From a virus (Duplodnaviria; Caudoviricetes), in the IMG/VR virus record IMGVR_UViG_3300028628_000004: a stretch of DNA of 64,000 nt. The stretch is one strand, 5' to 3'. The position numbers and the translations under genes were made by a program. Below are positions 54,608 to 64,000 of this stretch, in pieces. A model generated the notes under the pieces. It was not told the DNA's origin. It did not search any database and saw nothing but the letters and a program-made list of their open reading frames with translations. Each line of letters starts with the position of its first letter. Position 1 is the first letter of the stretch.

Positions 54608-55390
54608 ATGTCAAAGTATGATTTAAGAGACACTACATTTATCATGCCTGTTAGAGTCGAATCACAAGATAGAGCCAATAATATCTTAACAAGTGTTTCG
54701 TATCTTTTACATCATCTTGATACTAATATTATAATCCTTGAAGATGATAAGGTTTCCAAGGTTCCCACGATACTGGGAAGTAAGATAAATCAGGTAAAAT
54801 ACATATTCAATAAAAACGAAGAATACTTGTTTTGGAAAACTAAGCATTTAAATACGATGGCTCGTCAAGTTACCACTCCTATAATGGTCATGTATGATTG
54901 TGATATCATCATGGAACCAGATGGGTATGAAAAGACAAGAAATATGATAACGAAGGATGGATTTGAGTATATAGTTGGGTTTGGTGATTTGATGAGAGTT
55001 AATCAGAATCAACATTATGTTCTTAGGGGATCAATGAATCCTTTGCTTTTTGCAGATAATGGAAAGATGGCGGCTGCTGTTGGTTCTCCTGCCTGGGTGC
55101 TGACTAACAAATACATGGAAGCTGGAATGGAAAACGAGTTCTTCAAGTCGTGGGGATTTGAGGATAATGAAAGGCACTGGAGATTTATCAGAATGGGACT
55201 TAAACATCGTTACGGCGAAGGAAAATTGTGGCATCTTGAACATTGCAGAGTCTCTAATAACTTTAACTCCAATCCCCATTTAGATGCAAACGCAAAGTTG
55301 TTTCATGCCGTGGAATGTGAGTCGCCTGAACAAACAAGAGAAAGAGTTAAGACATTTCCGTGGCTTAGGGAATATGGAATAATAAAATGA
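54608..55390 (+). CDS. GT2/GT7-like galactosyltransferase
   Basis: YDCD; GMENE.F.SWGFED.ER. Confidence 0.85.
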   Translation: MSKYDLRDTTFIMPVRVESQDRANNILTSVSYLLHHLDTNIIILEDDKVSKVPTILGSKINQVKYIFNKNEEYLFWKTKHLNTMARQVTTPIMVMYDCDIIMEPDGYEKTRNMITKDGFEYIVGFGDLMRVNQNQHYVLRGSMNPLLFADNGKMAAAVGSPAWVLTNKYMEAGMENEFFKSWGFEDNERHWRFIRMGLKHRYGEGKLWHLEHCRVSNNFNSNPHLDANAKLFHAVECESPEQTRERVKTFPWLREYGIIK

Positions 55391-56013
55391 TACCTAAGAT
55401 AATACATCAAATATGGGTTGGTGATCAAAATAAGAAACCATTTAAGATGATGGAAACTTGGAAGAACATGAATCCAAGTTGGGAATATATGCTGTGGACA
55501 GATGCAAATCTTCCACCAATGATTAATCGCCGTCACTTTGACGCATACTCACCATTTCACGGAAAAGCTGATATATTGCGTTACGAAATACTCAAGCAGT
55601 ACGGTGGGTTCTATATTGATGCTGATTCTGATTGCATTAAACCATTGGAAGATTTTTTAGTTGATAATGACTCGTTTGCGTGTTTTGAAAGCGAGCAGCA
55701 TAGACCGGGGCTAATAGCTAATGGATACTTAGCCGGTGTTAAGAATTGCCAGTTATTTGACATATTGATACAGAAGATATCCAGAATGAACCCGCAGCAT
55801 ATGAACGGGATGGCTCCCCCATGGATTTTAACAGGTCCGACTCTTTTGACCAATAGTATCAGAGAACACAACTATACAAAGATTAAAGTATATCCTTCAC
55901 ATTATTTTATTCCTAATCATTTTTGTGGTGGTTCTTACACGGGATCTGATCACGTGTTTTGTCGGCAATATTGGGGATCAACACACGATAGTTACGGGAA
56001 CCTGGGAAGATGA
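55387..56013 (+). CDS. Glycosyltransferase family 32 (DXD)
   Basis: IPKIIHQIW; ADILRY; YGGFYIDAD; TGP. Confidence 0.9.
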   Translation: MIPKIIHQIWVGDQNKKPFKMMETWKNMNPSWEYMLWTDANLPPMINRRHFDAYSPFHGKADILRYEILKQYGGFYIDADSDCIKPLEDFLVDNDSFACFESEQHRPGLIANGYLAGVKNCQLFDILIQKISRMNPQHMNGMAPPWILTGPTLLTNSIREHNYTKIKVYPSHYFIPNHFCGGSYTGSDHVFCRQYWGSTHDSYGNLGR

Positions 56014-56765
56014 AACACAACTTAAAAAATATAACATTTAATATGCCAATGTTAGTCGATTCCAACGACAGAGTTGAAAATATAGACTTATGTATTGATT
56101 ATATTTTGCATCACTTTGATACAAATATATCAGTTTGTGAAATGGGAACCGAAAGTAAATATAAGAATCCTTTTGGTGTTGAGTATGAGTTTATAAAAAC
56201 AGACAGTGATAAAAATCATAAGACAAAAATTCTAAATATTTTAGCAAGAAAATGCAAAACTGAGTTTCATTCCACTTATGACGTAGATGTATTGTTACCA
56301 GTTAAAGCCTACATAGATGGGTATAATATGCTATCAAGCGGTAATTACGATATGGTATTTCCGTTTGACGGTAGATTTTTTGGAGTCGGTAGAAACCACT
56401 ATGGTATTTTAAGACAGAATAAAAATACAGATGTATTAATTTCTGGTATGTTTTATCCTATTGTTTCGGATTCTGTTGGTGGCTGTGTATTTTGGAACAC
56501 AAAATCATTTATATCATCGGGAATGGAAAATGAAAATTTCTCTGGGTGGGGCTACGAAGACACAGAAAGATATCATAGAAGTGTAAAACTTGGATTACGC
56601 ATAGGTAGGACTTCATATCCAATATTTCACGTAGACCATTTCAGGGGACCAAATAGCAGTCACGGAGAAATGTATTGGAGAAATAAGTCTATATACGATT
56701 CAATTACGAGAATGAATGCTGATGAGTTAAGAAGACATATATCAGAATGGAAATGGTCTAAATAG
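56010..56765 (+). CDS. GT2/GT7-like galactosyltransferase
   Basis: YDVD; SVGG; GMENENFSGWGYED. Confidence 0.85.
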   Translation: MKHNLKNITFNMPMLVDSNDRVENIDLCIDYILHHFDTNISVCEMGTESKYKNPFGVEYEFIKTDSDKNHKTKILNILARKCKTEFHSTYDVDVLLPVKAYIDGYNMLSSGNYDMVFPFDGRFFGVGRNHYGILRQNKNTDVLISGMFYPIVSDSVGGCVFWNTKSFISSGMENENFSGWGYEDTERYHRSVKLGLRIGRTSYPIFHVDHFRGPNSSHGEMYWRNKSIYDSITRMNADELRRHISEWKWSK

Positions 56766-57569
56766 TTATCTTAATATTATTGGCATCTCAAAGTGTGGTG
56801 ATATAAAATTAGTATTTTCTATGTTGGCGTTTATATACATTCTCTTACCATTTAGATATTCATTTAATATGTAATCTTCCGAAATATTGGAATGCGGAGT
56901 ATCGTTGTTATTATGAACTCTGTTTATTGGATTGTTAAATAGTCTAGACTTCTTATAACATAACATATACGGTTGGTTAAGATAATTTATACTTAAATTA
57001 TATTCAAATAGAGTTGGATTATTAAAAGGTATTCTTTCTATTATGGGAAGAATGTCAGAAGTCCTAAATATATGACCATCAACCGACATTGGGTATCCCC
57101 AATCTCCCTCACACCCATGCCATCTCCATGTTCCATTTTCTAGTTTAGGTATATTTCTGTATTTTATTCTAGCCGGATGACAATAACTCATTCCCTCATT
57201 CATTCTAAGTGAAACACATAGTATTTCTTTATTAGTCACCAGGGATTTAATTTCGTTATCGTCTTCTGAGAAGTTTTCTTTAATAACTATATCGTCCACA
57301 AGAAAAAAAGTATGATTTTTTTGTCTGTCAATAGTAGATAGTGTCAGTTCTTTAAAGTTTTTGCTGGTGTTATTTTCACATATGAAATTTATTTCACTGT
57401 GTTCATTTATGAGTTTTTCGTAGCCAATCTTATGGTTGTTATTTTTAAATTTATAAATGACATTTATTTTGTTATCTTTATAATTGGTGAAATGCGCCTT
57501 TAGTGTTCTTAAAAGTTGATCTAACTGACATGCTCTGTCTTTACTGAAAATAGTTATATTAAAACTCAT
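56766..57569 (-). CDS. GT-A fold glycosyltransferase-like protein
   Basis: IFSKDRACQL; FLVDD. Confidence 0.7.
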   Translation of the reverse strand: MSFNITIFSKDRACQLDQLLRTLKAHFTNYKDNKINVIYKFKNNNHKIGYEKLINEHSEINFICENNTSKNFKELTLSTIDRQKNHTFFLVDDIVIKENFSEDDNEIKSLVTNKEILCVSLRMNEGMSYCHPARIKYRNIPKLENGTWRWHGCEGDWGYPMSVDGHIFRTSDILPIIERIPFNNPTLFEYNLSINYLNQPYMLCYKKSRLFNNPINRVHNNNDTPHSNISEDYILNEYLNGKRMYINANIENTNFISPHFEMPIILR

Positions 57570-57571
57570 GG

Positions 57572-58360
57572 TTATTTCTTGACCCCAAATAGATAATTTT
57601 GGTTTCCAATATGCTCAATCGGTATGTTATACCATTTTATTTCTGATATGCTGCTGCTCATATAGTTGAAGAATTCGTTATTATTGACCCCCTCAAAAGA
57701 CCCCTGATACGCTATGAGAAAATTAGATGCCTTTATACCACCTAAGAAATCCTCTCTAATATTACGGGGCGCTTCGCTTAATGACCAAGTAGCTACCAAT
57801 AGATCATATTGTCTATTTTCTAAAGTTTGTATAGTATTACAAAACTTCGTATCGGATATATTGTTTTCGTTTAAATAATATCTTTGCAAGAGATTAAATT
57901 CCTCAAAGTCAAATATAGTATAATCTATTTCATTGTTTTGGTTTTTTATAACTTTGCACATGTTACCAAATCCGCCGCCAAATTCAATTACTGATTTAAA
58001 TGACTTTAAATTTACTCCGGTAACATCGGTGAATCTTTGTATATGATATAACATATGAATAGTATTGGAACATACTCCGTTATACAATGTTTCGTGTTTT
58101 AGTTTGTTTTTAGAAGTGTTTTTAAGATATTCTTTGTCTTTTATATAATCATATTCATTCTTAACATAGCCATGTATATTTGATACATACATTGTTTTAT
58201 TAATCTCGTCCCAAGAAGCAAAATCGCTAATATCATCATTGACTATTTTTCTTAGAACTGCTGACCTTATAGAGTCCCAAAAACAACTACTATAGGAGTT
58301 TCTGCTTGATACTATCCTGGCTTCATCTTTTATTTGTGTTTTTAACATTATATTTTCCAA
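57572..58360 (-). CDS. Putative sugar O-methyltransferase
   Basis: IEFGGGFG; ATWSLSE. Confidence 0.75.
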   Translation of the reverse strand: MENIMLKTQIKDEARIVSSRNSYSSCFWDSIRSAVLRKIVNDDISDFASWDEINKTMYVSNIHGYVKNEYDYIKDKEYLKNTSKNKLKHETLYNGVCSNTIHMLYHIQRFTDVTGVNLKSFKSVIEFGGGFGNMCKVIKNQNNEIDYTIFDFEEFNLLQRYYLNENNISDTKFCNTIQTLENRQYDLLVATWSLSEAPRNIREDFLGGIKASNFLIAYQGSFEGVNNNEFFNYMSSSISEIKWYNIPIEHIGNQNYLFGVKK

Positions 58361-58367
58361 TTAGTTA

Positions 58368-59216
58368 TTATTGTATCATATATTTTTGTAGTATGTGAGG
58401 GGGAATTACTTTTTGCAATGCTATTAATATACTATTTTCACATACCTGAAATTCCTTACATCTTATAAAGTTTTCTTCTATGGCTGACATTCTTCCATAA
58501 TAATCCGACTCCCCTACTGTATCTAATATTTCCTCCAAATCTTCTGTTTTTTCAAATACAATCATGCCCCTCGTATCGAATAGATTATATACTGATTCAC
58601 ATCCCCAGTATATTGGGACTGTTCCTGTGCTAAAACAATCAATTAATTTTTCACTGAAATAATTATTTATTCTAAAATTTTCAATAACCAAAGAATAGCG
58701 AAAATCCCTCAATGCATAAATTTTGTTGGGTATCTCGGAATACCCTCTGCCACATATTAAATCAATTTTGTGTTTAAATTTTTTTATTATTTCATGTCGC
58801 AACTTATGCCCCGAATGTTCGTTTTTGCTACTACTTATTATTGATGTATTTTTAGACTTGCTATGTATTTTTATATCTGGCGGATTTATCCAGCATCCCC
58901 CTAAATAATATTTAATTACGTTGTCGCCTATATCTAATAATCTTTGATCAAATGTCATTATATAATTGAATTTCTTTCTGTTATTAATGTCAAAAAAATA
59001 TTGATATAAGTTTGGTGTGACAATGGGAGATTCTATTAATAACGCTATTCTTATTTTTCCACAATTAGCACTATCAAAATTATTAGTGTAAAAAACTAAA
59101 TCATCATTCGATTCTACTTCTCTATCCCATATTATATTTTGATCTAAGTATGATAGAGTACTTGCCGAGTGGTTATGAGAAAAAAACGAATCTATTATTT
59201 TTAGTTTATATTTCAT
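58368..59216 (-). CDS. Glycosyltransferase family 10 (fucosyltransferase-like)
   Basis: YSLVIEN....YFSEKLID....TVPIYWG. Confidence 0.85.
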   Translation of the reverse strand: MKYKLKIIDSFFSHNHSASTLSYLDQNIIWDREVESNDDLVFYTNNFDSANCGKIRIALLIESPIVTPNLYQYFFDINNRKKFNYIMTFDQRLLDIGDNVIKYYLGGCWINPPDIKIHSKSKNTSIISSSKNEHSGHKLRHEIIKKFKHKIDLICGRGYSEIPNKIYALRDFRYSLVIENFRINNYFSEKLIDCFSTGTVPIYWGCESVYNLFDTRGMIVFEKTEDLEEILDTVGESDYYGRMSAIEENFIRCKEFQVCENSILIALQKVIPPHILQKYMIQ

Positions 59217-59271
59217 AGAATGTCTTAATTAATACAGATAGATATGATAGTAGAAATATATTTTATATTCA

Positions 59272-60084
59272 TTACGCCCTCCTGATTATATCATCTACAA
59301 GACCTTCCTTATTTTTATTGAAATGAGTCACACATCCAGCGAAATTAACACTTTCATCGTGGAATAGTGGATGACCTATCATTCTCGGGTGGTTTTCTAT
59401 TATGAATACCTTGCAGTTGCTATGGCAGCACAGTTGCGAAACCATTGATCCACCTGACATTGAACCCATGAAGAATCTACAATTCTTGTTGTTTAACAAT
59501 GTGGCATAGTCACGAAGACCAACACCAAAGACATTTCTATTGTTAATTAACGGATCGGTATTCTCGCCAAAAATATAGCATTTCATCTTGAAGTGATTGG
59601 TTAGTTTATTAACCGAATTTACCCAAAAGTCAAGGGGGAAGTTTCTTTCGGGACACCAGTTCCTATATCTAGCATGCATTACAAAGAAGGGTTCGGTTTC
59701 TTGTATGCTTGAGTAGTTAATATTATGTATTAAATGTTTGTCTTCGTTATAGAATCTATACTTACCATTGTAGTATCCCTGATCGGCAGTTACTTTTAAG
59801 TAGTCACTGCAAGATTTTGTCAGGTCAATAAAATTGTCTGGTCTTGGTTGCTTGACGAAATCCTTATAGTGTATGGTCTTGCACACATTCTCATACAAGA
59901 AAGCTCGGTCTGTACTAACAACCAAAAAGTCTTCACTTGGATTTATTTGGTTTGTCGATATCATTCTTTTCGCCTGAAGGTGTGTTATGGATAACTCCCA
60001 CCCCAACTCGAAAAATCTTGAAGTGTCCCAATCTAGCGACACGCAAGACTTTTCCATATCACAACTAACTTTTATGTATTTCAT
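59272..60084 (-). CDS. Hypothetical, possibly GT-B glycosyltransferase
   Basis: RNFP..FW; FMGSMSG; cluster context. Confidence 0.55.
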   Translation of the reverse strand: MKYIKVSCDMEKSCVSLDWDTSRFFELGWELSITHLQAKRMISTNQINPSEDFLVVSTDRAFLYENVCKTIHYKDFVKQPRPDNFIDLTKSCSDYLKVTADQGYYNGKYRFYNEDKHLIHNINYSSIQETEPFFVMHARYRNWCPERNFPLDFWVNSVNKLTNHFKMKCYIFGENTDPLINNRNVFGVGLRDYATLLNNKNCRFFMGSMSGGSMVSQLCCHSNCKVFIIENHPRMIGHPLFHDESVNFAGCVTHFNKNKEGLVDDIIRRA

Positions 60085-61046
60085 ATGAATCCTTTCAGTG
60101 AGCTTAACCAAACGTTTAAAATGTCTAATTCTTCTTTCTTAACTATATTGTTGTTAGCAAGTTCTGTGTATACTTTTATTAAGTTACTTTGCTTTGAAGA
60201 CGTAAACCGTATCTTATCAAGAATGTTTATTGTCTTCAATACATTAGTGTAGAGAGGAATCTCATCAACAAAGTCTCTCATATAGTCTGTACGGAATCTG
60301 TCTTGGAATACTATAGACTTTCTAAACCCAAGTTTGAACCCATCCTGCCATAGCAATCTTTGAGTGATGTAGGATCTTAGTATATCTGAGAATCTCCAAG
60401 ACACCGTTGAAGGGAAATACATATAAATGAAGCATTCTTTGTTCCAGAAGGTGCTTTGTGAGTTGAATGGGGCATAGACCCCCTCAGTCAATGCAAACGA
60501 TTCCCTCACATCGAAATTGATAGGCTTATTGATCGTTAATCTGTATATAGCATCAACATCTGGGTCATGGTCTATAAGCGTCTGCCACACACCAACAGAA
60601 GCCAAACGGGATTCTATCTTATGATCTATTGGCTTATTAATATATTCAAGAGGAAATCCACGCGCCCATATCTTCTCTCCCGATAGGTATGAGTATATAT
60701 TGGCAAACTTTTCACTACTATTCAAAACCTTAGACACTTCAAAATTTTCAAAATCCCAGAAGGCATATGGTATGTTGTCATCATCTGTCTCATATATTAT
60801 ATTGGCACCAGACTTTATAGCGTCAATATACCCTATATTCTTTCTGCAATATGAATTAACAGGCAGTACCTTAGATATATCGTATTTTCCATCTTGCTCG
60901 GGATATGGGATGAAGTTGATTTTATCATCTTTATAGTTTGGCGTTTTCTTGTCACCAACTAGGGTCAGGGTCCACCCGTCTATATCTTTAAACTTTCTGA
61001 CGGCTTCGGTTTCTGGGTTTATTGTAGTAATGATTATTTTATTCAT
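60081..61046 (-). CDS. STELLO/DUF288-like glycosyltransferase
   Basis: VGDKKTP; RKNIGY; ETDDDN; DPDVDAIYRL. Confidence 0.82.
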   Translation of the reverse strand: MNKIIITTINPETEAVRKFKDIDGWTLTLVGDKKTPNYKDDKINFIPYPEQDGKYDISKVLPVNSYCRKNIGYIDAIKSGANIIYETDDDNIPYAFWDFENFEVSKVLNSSEKFANIYSYLSGEKIWARGFPLEYINKPIDHKIESRLASVGVWQTLIDHDPDVDAIYRLTINKPINFDVRESFALTEGVYAPFNSQSTFWNKECFIYMYFPSTVSWRFSDILRSYITQRLLWQDGFKLGFRKSIVFQDRFRTDYMRDFVDEIPLYTNVLKTINILDKIRFTSSKQSNLIKVYTELANNNIVKKEELDILNVWLSSLKGFI

Positions 61047-61984
61047 TTTCTGAAGTTATCCTGATTTTTGAGGAACCATTCGTAAGTTATTTGGACGCCT
61101 TCCTCGAAGGTGTGCTTGGCTTTCCACCCAAGATTGTTTATCTTTGACACATCCAAAAGCTTCCGTATAGTTCCATCTGGCTTGCTTGTATCAAACGAGA
61201 AGGTTCCGCTATATCCTATAACCTTACTGACTATTTCATAAATCTCTACTATTGAATAGTCGTTTCCAGTTCCAATGTTTATTGGGGTTGTGCCGTTGTA
61301 GTTATCCATCAGAAACACACATGCTTCTGCTAAGTCATCTGAAAATAGTACCTCTCTTCTAGCCTTACCTGTTCCCCAAATCTTAAGTTCATTTGTTCCA
61401 TTCATCTTCGCCTCATGAATTCTTCGAATCAATGCGGGTATGAGATGGCTATTTTCGAAATGGAAATTATCATTTAAACCATATAAGTTACAAGGCATAG
61501 CAGATATAAAGCTATCATTGTATTGCTTGCAATACGACTCACACATCTTGACCCCGAGAATTTTTGCAAGGGCGTAGATTTCGTTTGTCTTTTCGAGTTC
61601 ACATGATAATAGATATTCTTCTTTTATAGGCTGTGGGCATTCTTTTGGGTATATACAGTTGGATCCAAGGAATAAAAGCTTCTTAACTCCATTGACATGT
61701 GCCGCATTAAGAACATTTAATTGAATCATACCGTTTATATAACCAAATTCAACAGGGAATGTGGAATTGGCATGGATTCCACCCACCTTAGCGGCAGACA
61801 GTAGAACATACTCTGGCTTTTCTACTGCGAAAAAAGCATCGACTTGTTCTTGTTTGGTTAGGTCTAGCTCTTTTTTCGATTTAACTATTATGTTACTATA
61901 ACCATTCGCCATCAAGTATCTATGAAGAGCATTGCCAACCAGACCATTATGACCAGCCACGAATATTTTTGAGTCTTTGTTCAT
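61043..61984 (-). CDS. fcl: GDP-L-fucose synthase
   Basis: AGHNGLVG; AAKVGGI; YALAK; WGTG. Confidence 0.93.
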   Translation of the reverse strand: MNKDSKIFVAGHNGLVGNALHRYLMANGYSNIIVKSKKELDLTKQEQVDAFFAVEKPEYVLLSAAKVGGIHANSTFPVEFGYINGMIQLNVLNAAHVNGVKKLLFLGSNCIYPKECPQPIKEEYLLSCELEKTNEIYALAKILGVKMCESYCKQYNDSFISAMPCNLYGLNDNFHFENSHLIPALIRRIHEAKMNGTNELKIWGTGKARREVLFSDDLAEACVFLMDNYNGTTPINIGTGNDYSIVEIYEIVSKVIGYSGTFSFDTSKPDGTIRKLLDVSKINNLGWKAKHTFEEGVQITYEWFLKNQDNFRK

Positions 61985-62328
61985 TGATCCTCGCTTTTGT
62001 ATATTTTTACATTATCTTCGACAAGAGACTTTCCTTCAACAACAGACTTTTCTATTAGCTTATTTATTGCTTCGATAAGCTTTGGTCTTTTCTGTTTGAA
62101 GCAGATATCTAGCTTTCTCTTGACGGTTGCTAGGTCAGCATCGCTGATATTCTTATGAATAGTATCCTCAAGCATCCAGGCTCTTATATGGACAATTATG
62201 AGCTTATCCAAAACTTCTCCGATATTGTCTGTTTCAATAAACGAAATATCTTCGGGTATTGCTTTCTTTTCGCATACTTCCTTGACATATTCTTTTATAT
62301 GGGCATCTATCAGTTCGTTTATTTTCAT
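61981..62328 (-). CDS. Hypothetical helical protein (DUF4254-like)
   Basis: GEVLDKL.I.HIR.W.LED. Confidence 0.6.
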   Translation of the reverse strand: MKINELIDAHIKEYVKEVCEKKAIPEDISFIETDNIGEVLDKLIIVHIRAWMLEDTIHKNISDADLATVKRKLDICFKQKRPKLIEAINKLIEKSVVEGKSLVEDNVKIYKSEDQ

Positions 62329-62340
62329 ATGAATTCCTTA

Positions 62341-63417
62341 CTATGGGTTGAGCATATCTTTAACAAGACGATGGAAATCAAACTTTGGTTTCCATCCAAG
62401 TTCCTTCTGTGCTTTGGTGGCATCGCCAAGTAGCACTTCAACTTCTGAGGGTCTGAAATATTTGGGATTGACAACTACTAGAGGTAATCCATCGACGGGG
62501 GTTCCGAATGTATTCCAAACGAGCTTCTCGTTAAGTCCATCACCTTCCCAATGCATGTGCTGTGAATCGCCCCCCATCCACTCAAGCTGGGTAAAGCACT
62601 CGTTGATGAATTCCTTTACGGAATAAGTCTTGTTGGTTGCTATAACATAATCCTTCGGTTCTGACTGTTGTAGCATGAGCCACATTGCCTCTACATAGTC
62701 CTTAGCATGTCCCCAATCCCTTTTTGCATTAAGATTGCCAAGTTCCAACGGCGGCAGTTCCCAACAACTTGACCTAAAACTCTGACTTACAAACTTCTGC
62801 ATCCAGTTTGTTATTTTCTTAGTTACAAATGTATCGCCTCTACGGGGACTCTCGTGGTTGAACAATATTCCGTTACATGCAAACATTCCATATGCTTCTC
62901 TATAGTTCTTCACAATCCATAACCCATACATCTTGGCGCATCCATAAGGCGACCGTGGGTGCATGGGAGATTCTTCTGTATAGCCTGTTTCTGGCATGTT
63001 ATATCCCATCCCACCATAAAGCTCACTCGTAGATGCCTGATAAAACCTTGCCTTTGGGCAGTGGTTCCGTATTGCCTCAATCATATTGAGGGTTCCAATA
63101 GCATCTGTTTGGGCAGTATAGTAAGGCAACTCGAAAGATACCTTTACATGAGACTGAGCCGCAAGATTGTAAACCTCATCTGGCTGTATAGATGTTACAA
63201 GTTGATTAATATTGACCGGATCTGTAACATCCCCATAGTGTATAAAGAGTGTTTTGTTATAGATATTAATATCTGTCATAAGGTGGTCAATCCTACCTGT
63301 ATTAAATACAGATGACCTTCTTATGACGCCATGAACTTCATATCCCTTCTCAAGTAAAAATTCGAGTAGATACGATCCGTCTTGACCGTTCGCGCCAGTG
63401 ACTAATGCTTTTTTCAT
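62341..63417 (-). CDS. gmd: GDP-mannose 4,6-dehydratase
   Basis: TGANGQDGSYL; AAQSHV; NHESPRRG. Confidence 0.95.
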   Translation of the reverse strand: MKKALVTGANGQDGSYLLEFLLEKGYEVHGVIRRSSVFNTGRIDHLMTDINIYNKTLFIHYGDVTDPVNINQLVTSIQPDEVYNLAAQSHVKVSFELPYYTAQTDAIGTLNMIEAIRNHCPKARFYQASTSELYGGMGYNMPETGYTEESPMHPRSPYGCAKMYGLWIVKNYREAYGMFACNGILFNHESPRRGDTFVTKKITNWMQKFVSQSFRSSCWELPPLELGNLNAKRDWGHAKDYVEAMWLMLQQSEPKDYVIATNKTYSVKEFINECFTQLEWMGGDSQHMHWEGDGLNEKLVWNTFGTPVDGLPLVVVNPKYFRPSEVEVLLGDATKAQKELGWKPKFDFHRLVKDMLNP

Positions 63418-63430
63418 GCAACATATTATA

Positions 63431-64000
63431 TCACAGTAACTTCAATTTTGTGTAGCCCAATTTCCCGTGATATGTATTCTCATTAATGAAACTTTCTGGT
63501 ATCTCATCGACATTTAGATGTGAAAGTAGGTCATTAGTGTCTTTACATGGAGTTCCTTTGGGGAATACGAAGCAACTTTCTCCCATATGAAGTAGCTTCT
63601 CAGTCATTTCTCTTCCTGTTTTATCGGTCCAATAGTTATCGAATGACCAAATAACATCTTTAAATTTCTTGTGTACACCTGATATATAAAACTTACTGAT
63701 TCTTGCGCCACCAGTGCCAAGTCCCTGTTTTCCAAATGCAAGGGCACTTAGAGTTCCTTCCGACATGAATACTGGTTTTTCCGGATCTGCCCGCCATAAT
63801 CCGAATATTGGCTTGGCAAGATTTTCAATTCCTGCTGCGGTATCTTTAAGAAAAAGATATTTCTCTTGGTCTTCTTGGGTCTTTGATTTGAATAGTATTC
63901 TTCCCTGTATATGAAGTAAATTCATTTTCTTTGCGTCCCACATAGGTATACCAATATAGCCACGCAATTGACCTTCGAAAATAAAGAAAAACTCTGACCA
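63431..64000 (-). CDS. DNA primase (gp61-like), C-terminal Toprim part, truncated by the window
   Basis: QGR; FMSEG; FDN..DKTG; KDTND; frame open to the window end. Confidence 0.75.
   Translation of the reverse strand, partial: WSEFFFIFEGQLRGYIGIPMWDAKKMNLLHIQGRILFKSKTQEDQEKYLFLKDTAAGIENLAKPIFGLWRADPEKPVFMSEGTLSALAFGKQGLGTGGARISKFYISGVHKKFKDVIWSFDNYWTDKTGREMTEKLLHMGESCFVFPKGTPCKDTNDLLSHLNVDEIPESFINENTYHGKLGYTKLKLL

Noticed and set aside
1-64000. Genome-wide TAG recoding suggested by the amber suppressor
   Set aside because: Long genes are intact in code 11, and TAG is the natural stop of gp25, the Cas4-like gene, gmd and others.

Overview
Segment of a large T4-like (jumbo/huge) myophage genome, almost all on the - strand. 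1-16 kb: baseplate genes (gp7-like protein with PKD/DUF285 C-terminus, gp6, gp25, gp5/VgrG-like). 16-22 kb: Cas4-like nuclease, HNH and small ORFs. 22.3-38.8 kb: a very large RNA array with about 52 tRNAs read by eye, about 12 tRNA-derived RNAs, tmRNA, four Y-RNA-family RNAs, homing endonucleases, KTSC and Pth2. 38.9-52 kb: three DNA methyltransferases, NrdJ, ligase-like/cytidyltransferase and nucleotidyltransferase proteins, SLT. 53-63.4 kb: glycosylation cluster with gmd and fcl. The window ends in a primase. Main discovery: the array looks like a self-regulated translation-rescue system. (1) It splits into two blocks, each behind a leader-peptide attenuator whose codons are nearly an inventory of the anticodons downstream. 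(2) Four tRNAs have NCCA-ended mini-helix inserts inside the anticodon. (3) An amber suppressor tRNA lies directly upstream of an amber-interrupted RGPP leader that appears to gate an ORF-Pth2 operon. (4) A 390-nt RNA contains a split copy of the 23S rRNA uL11-binding domain. All RNA folds and anticodons were read manually, so boundaries may be off by a few nt, and novelty has not been checked against databases.
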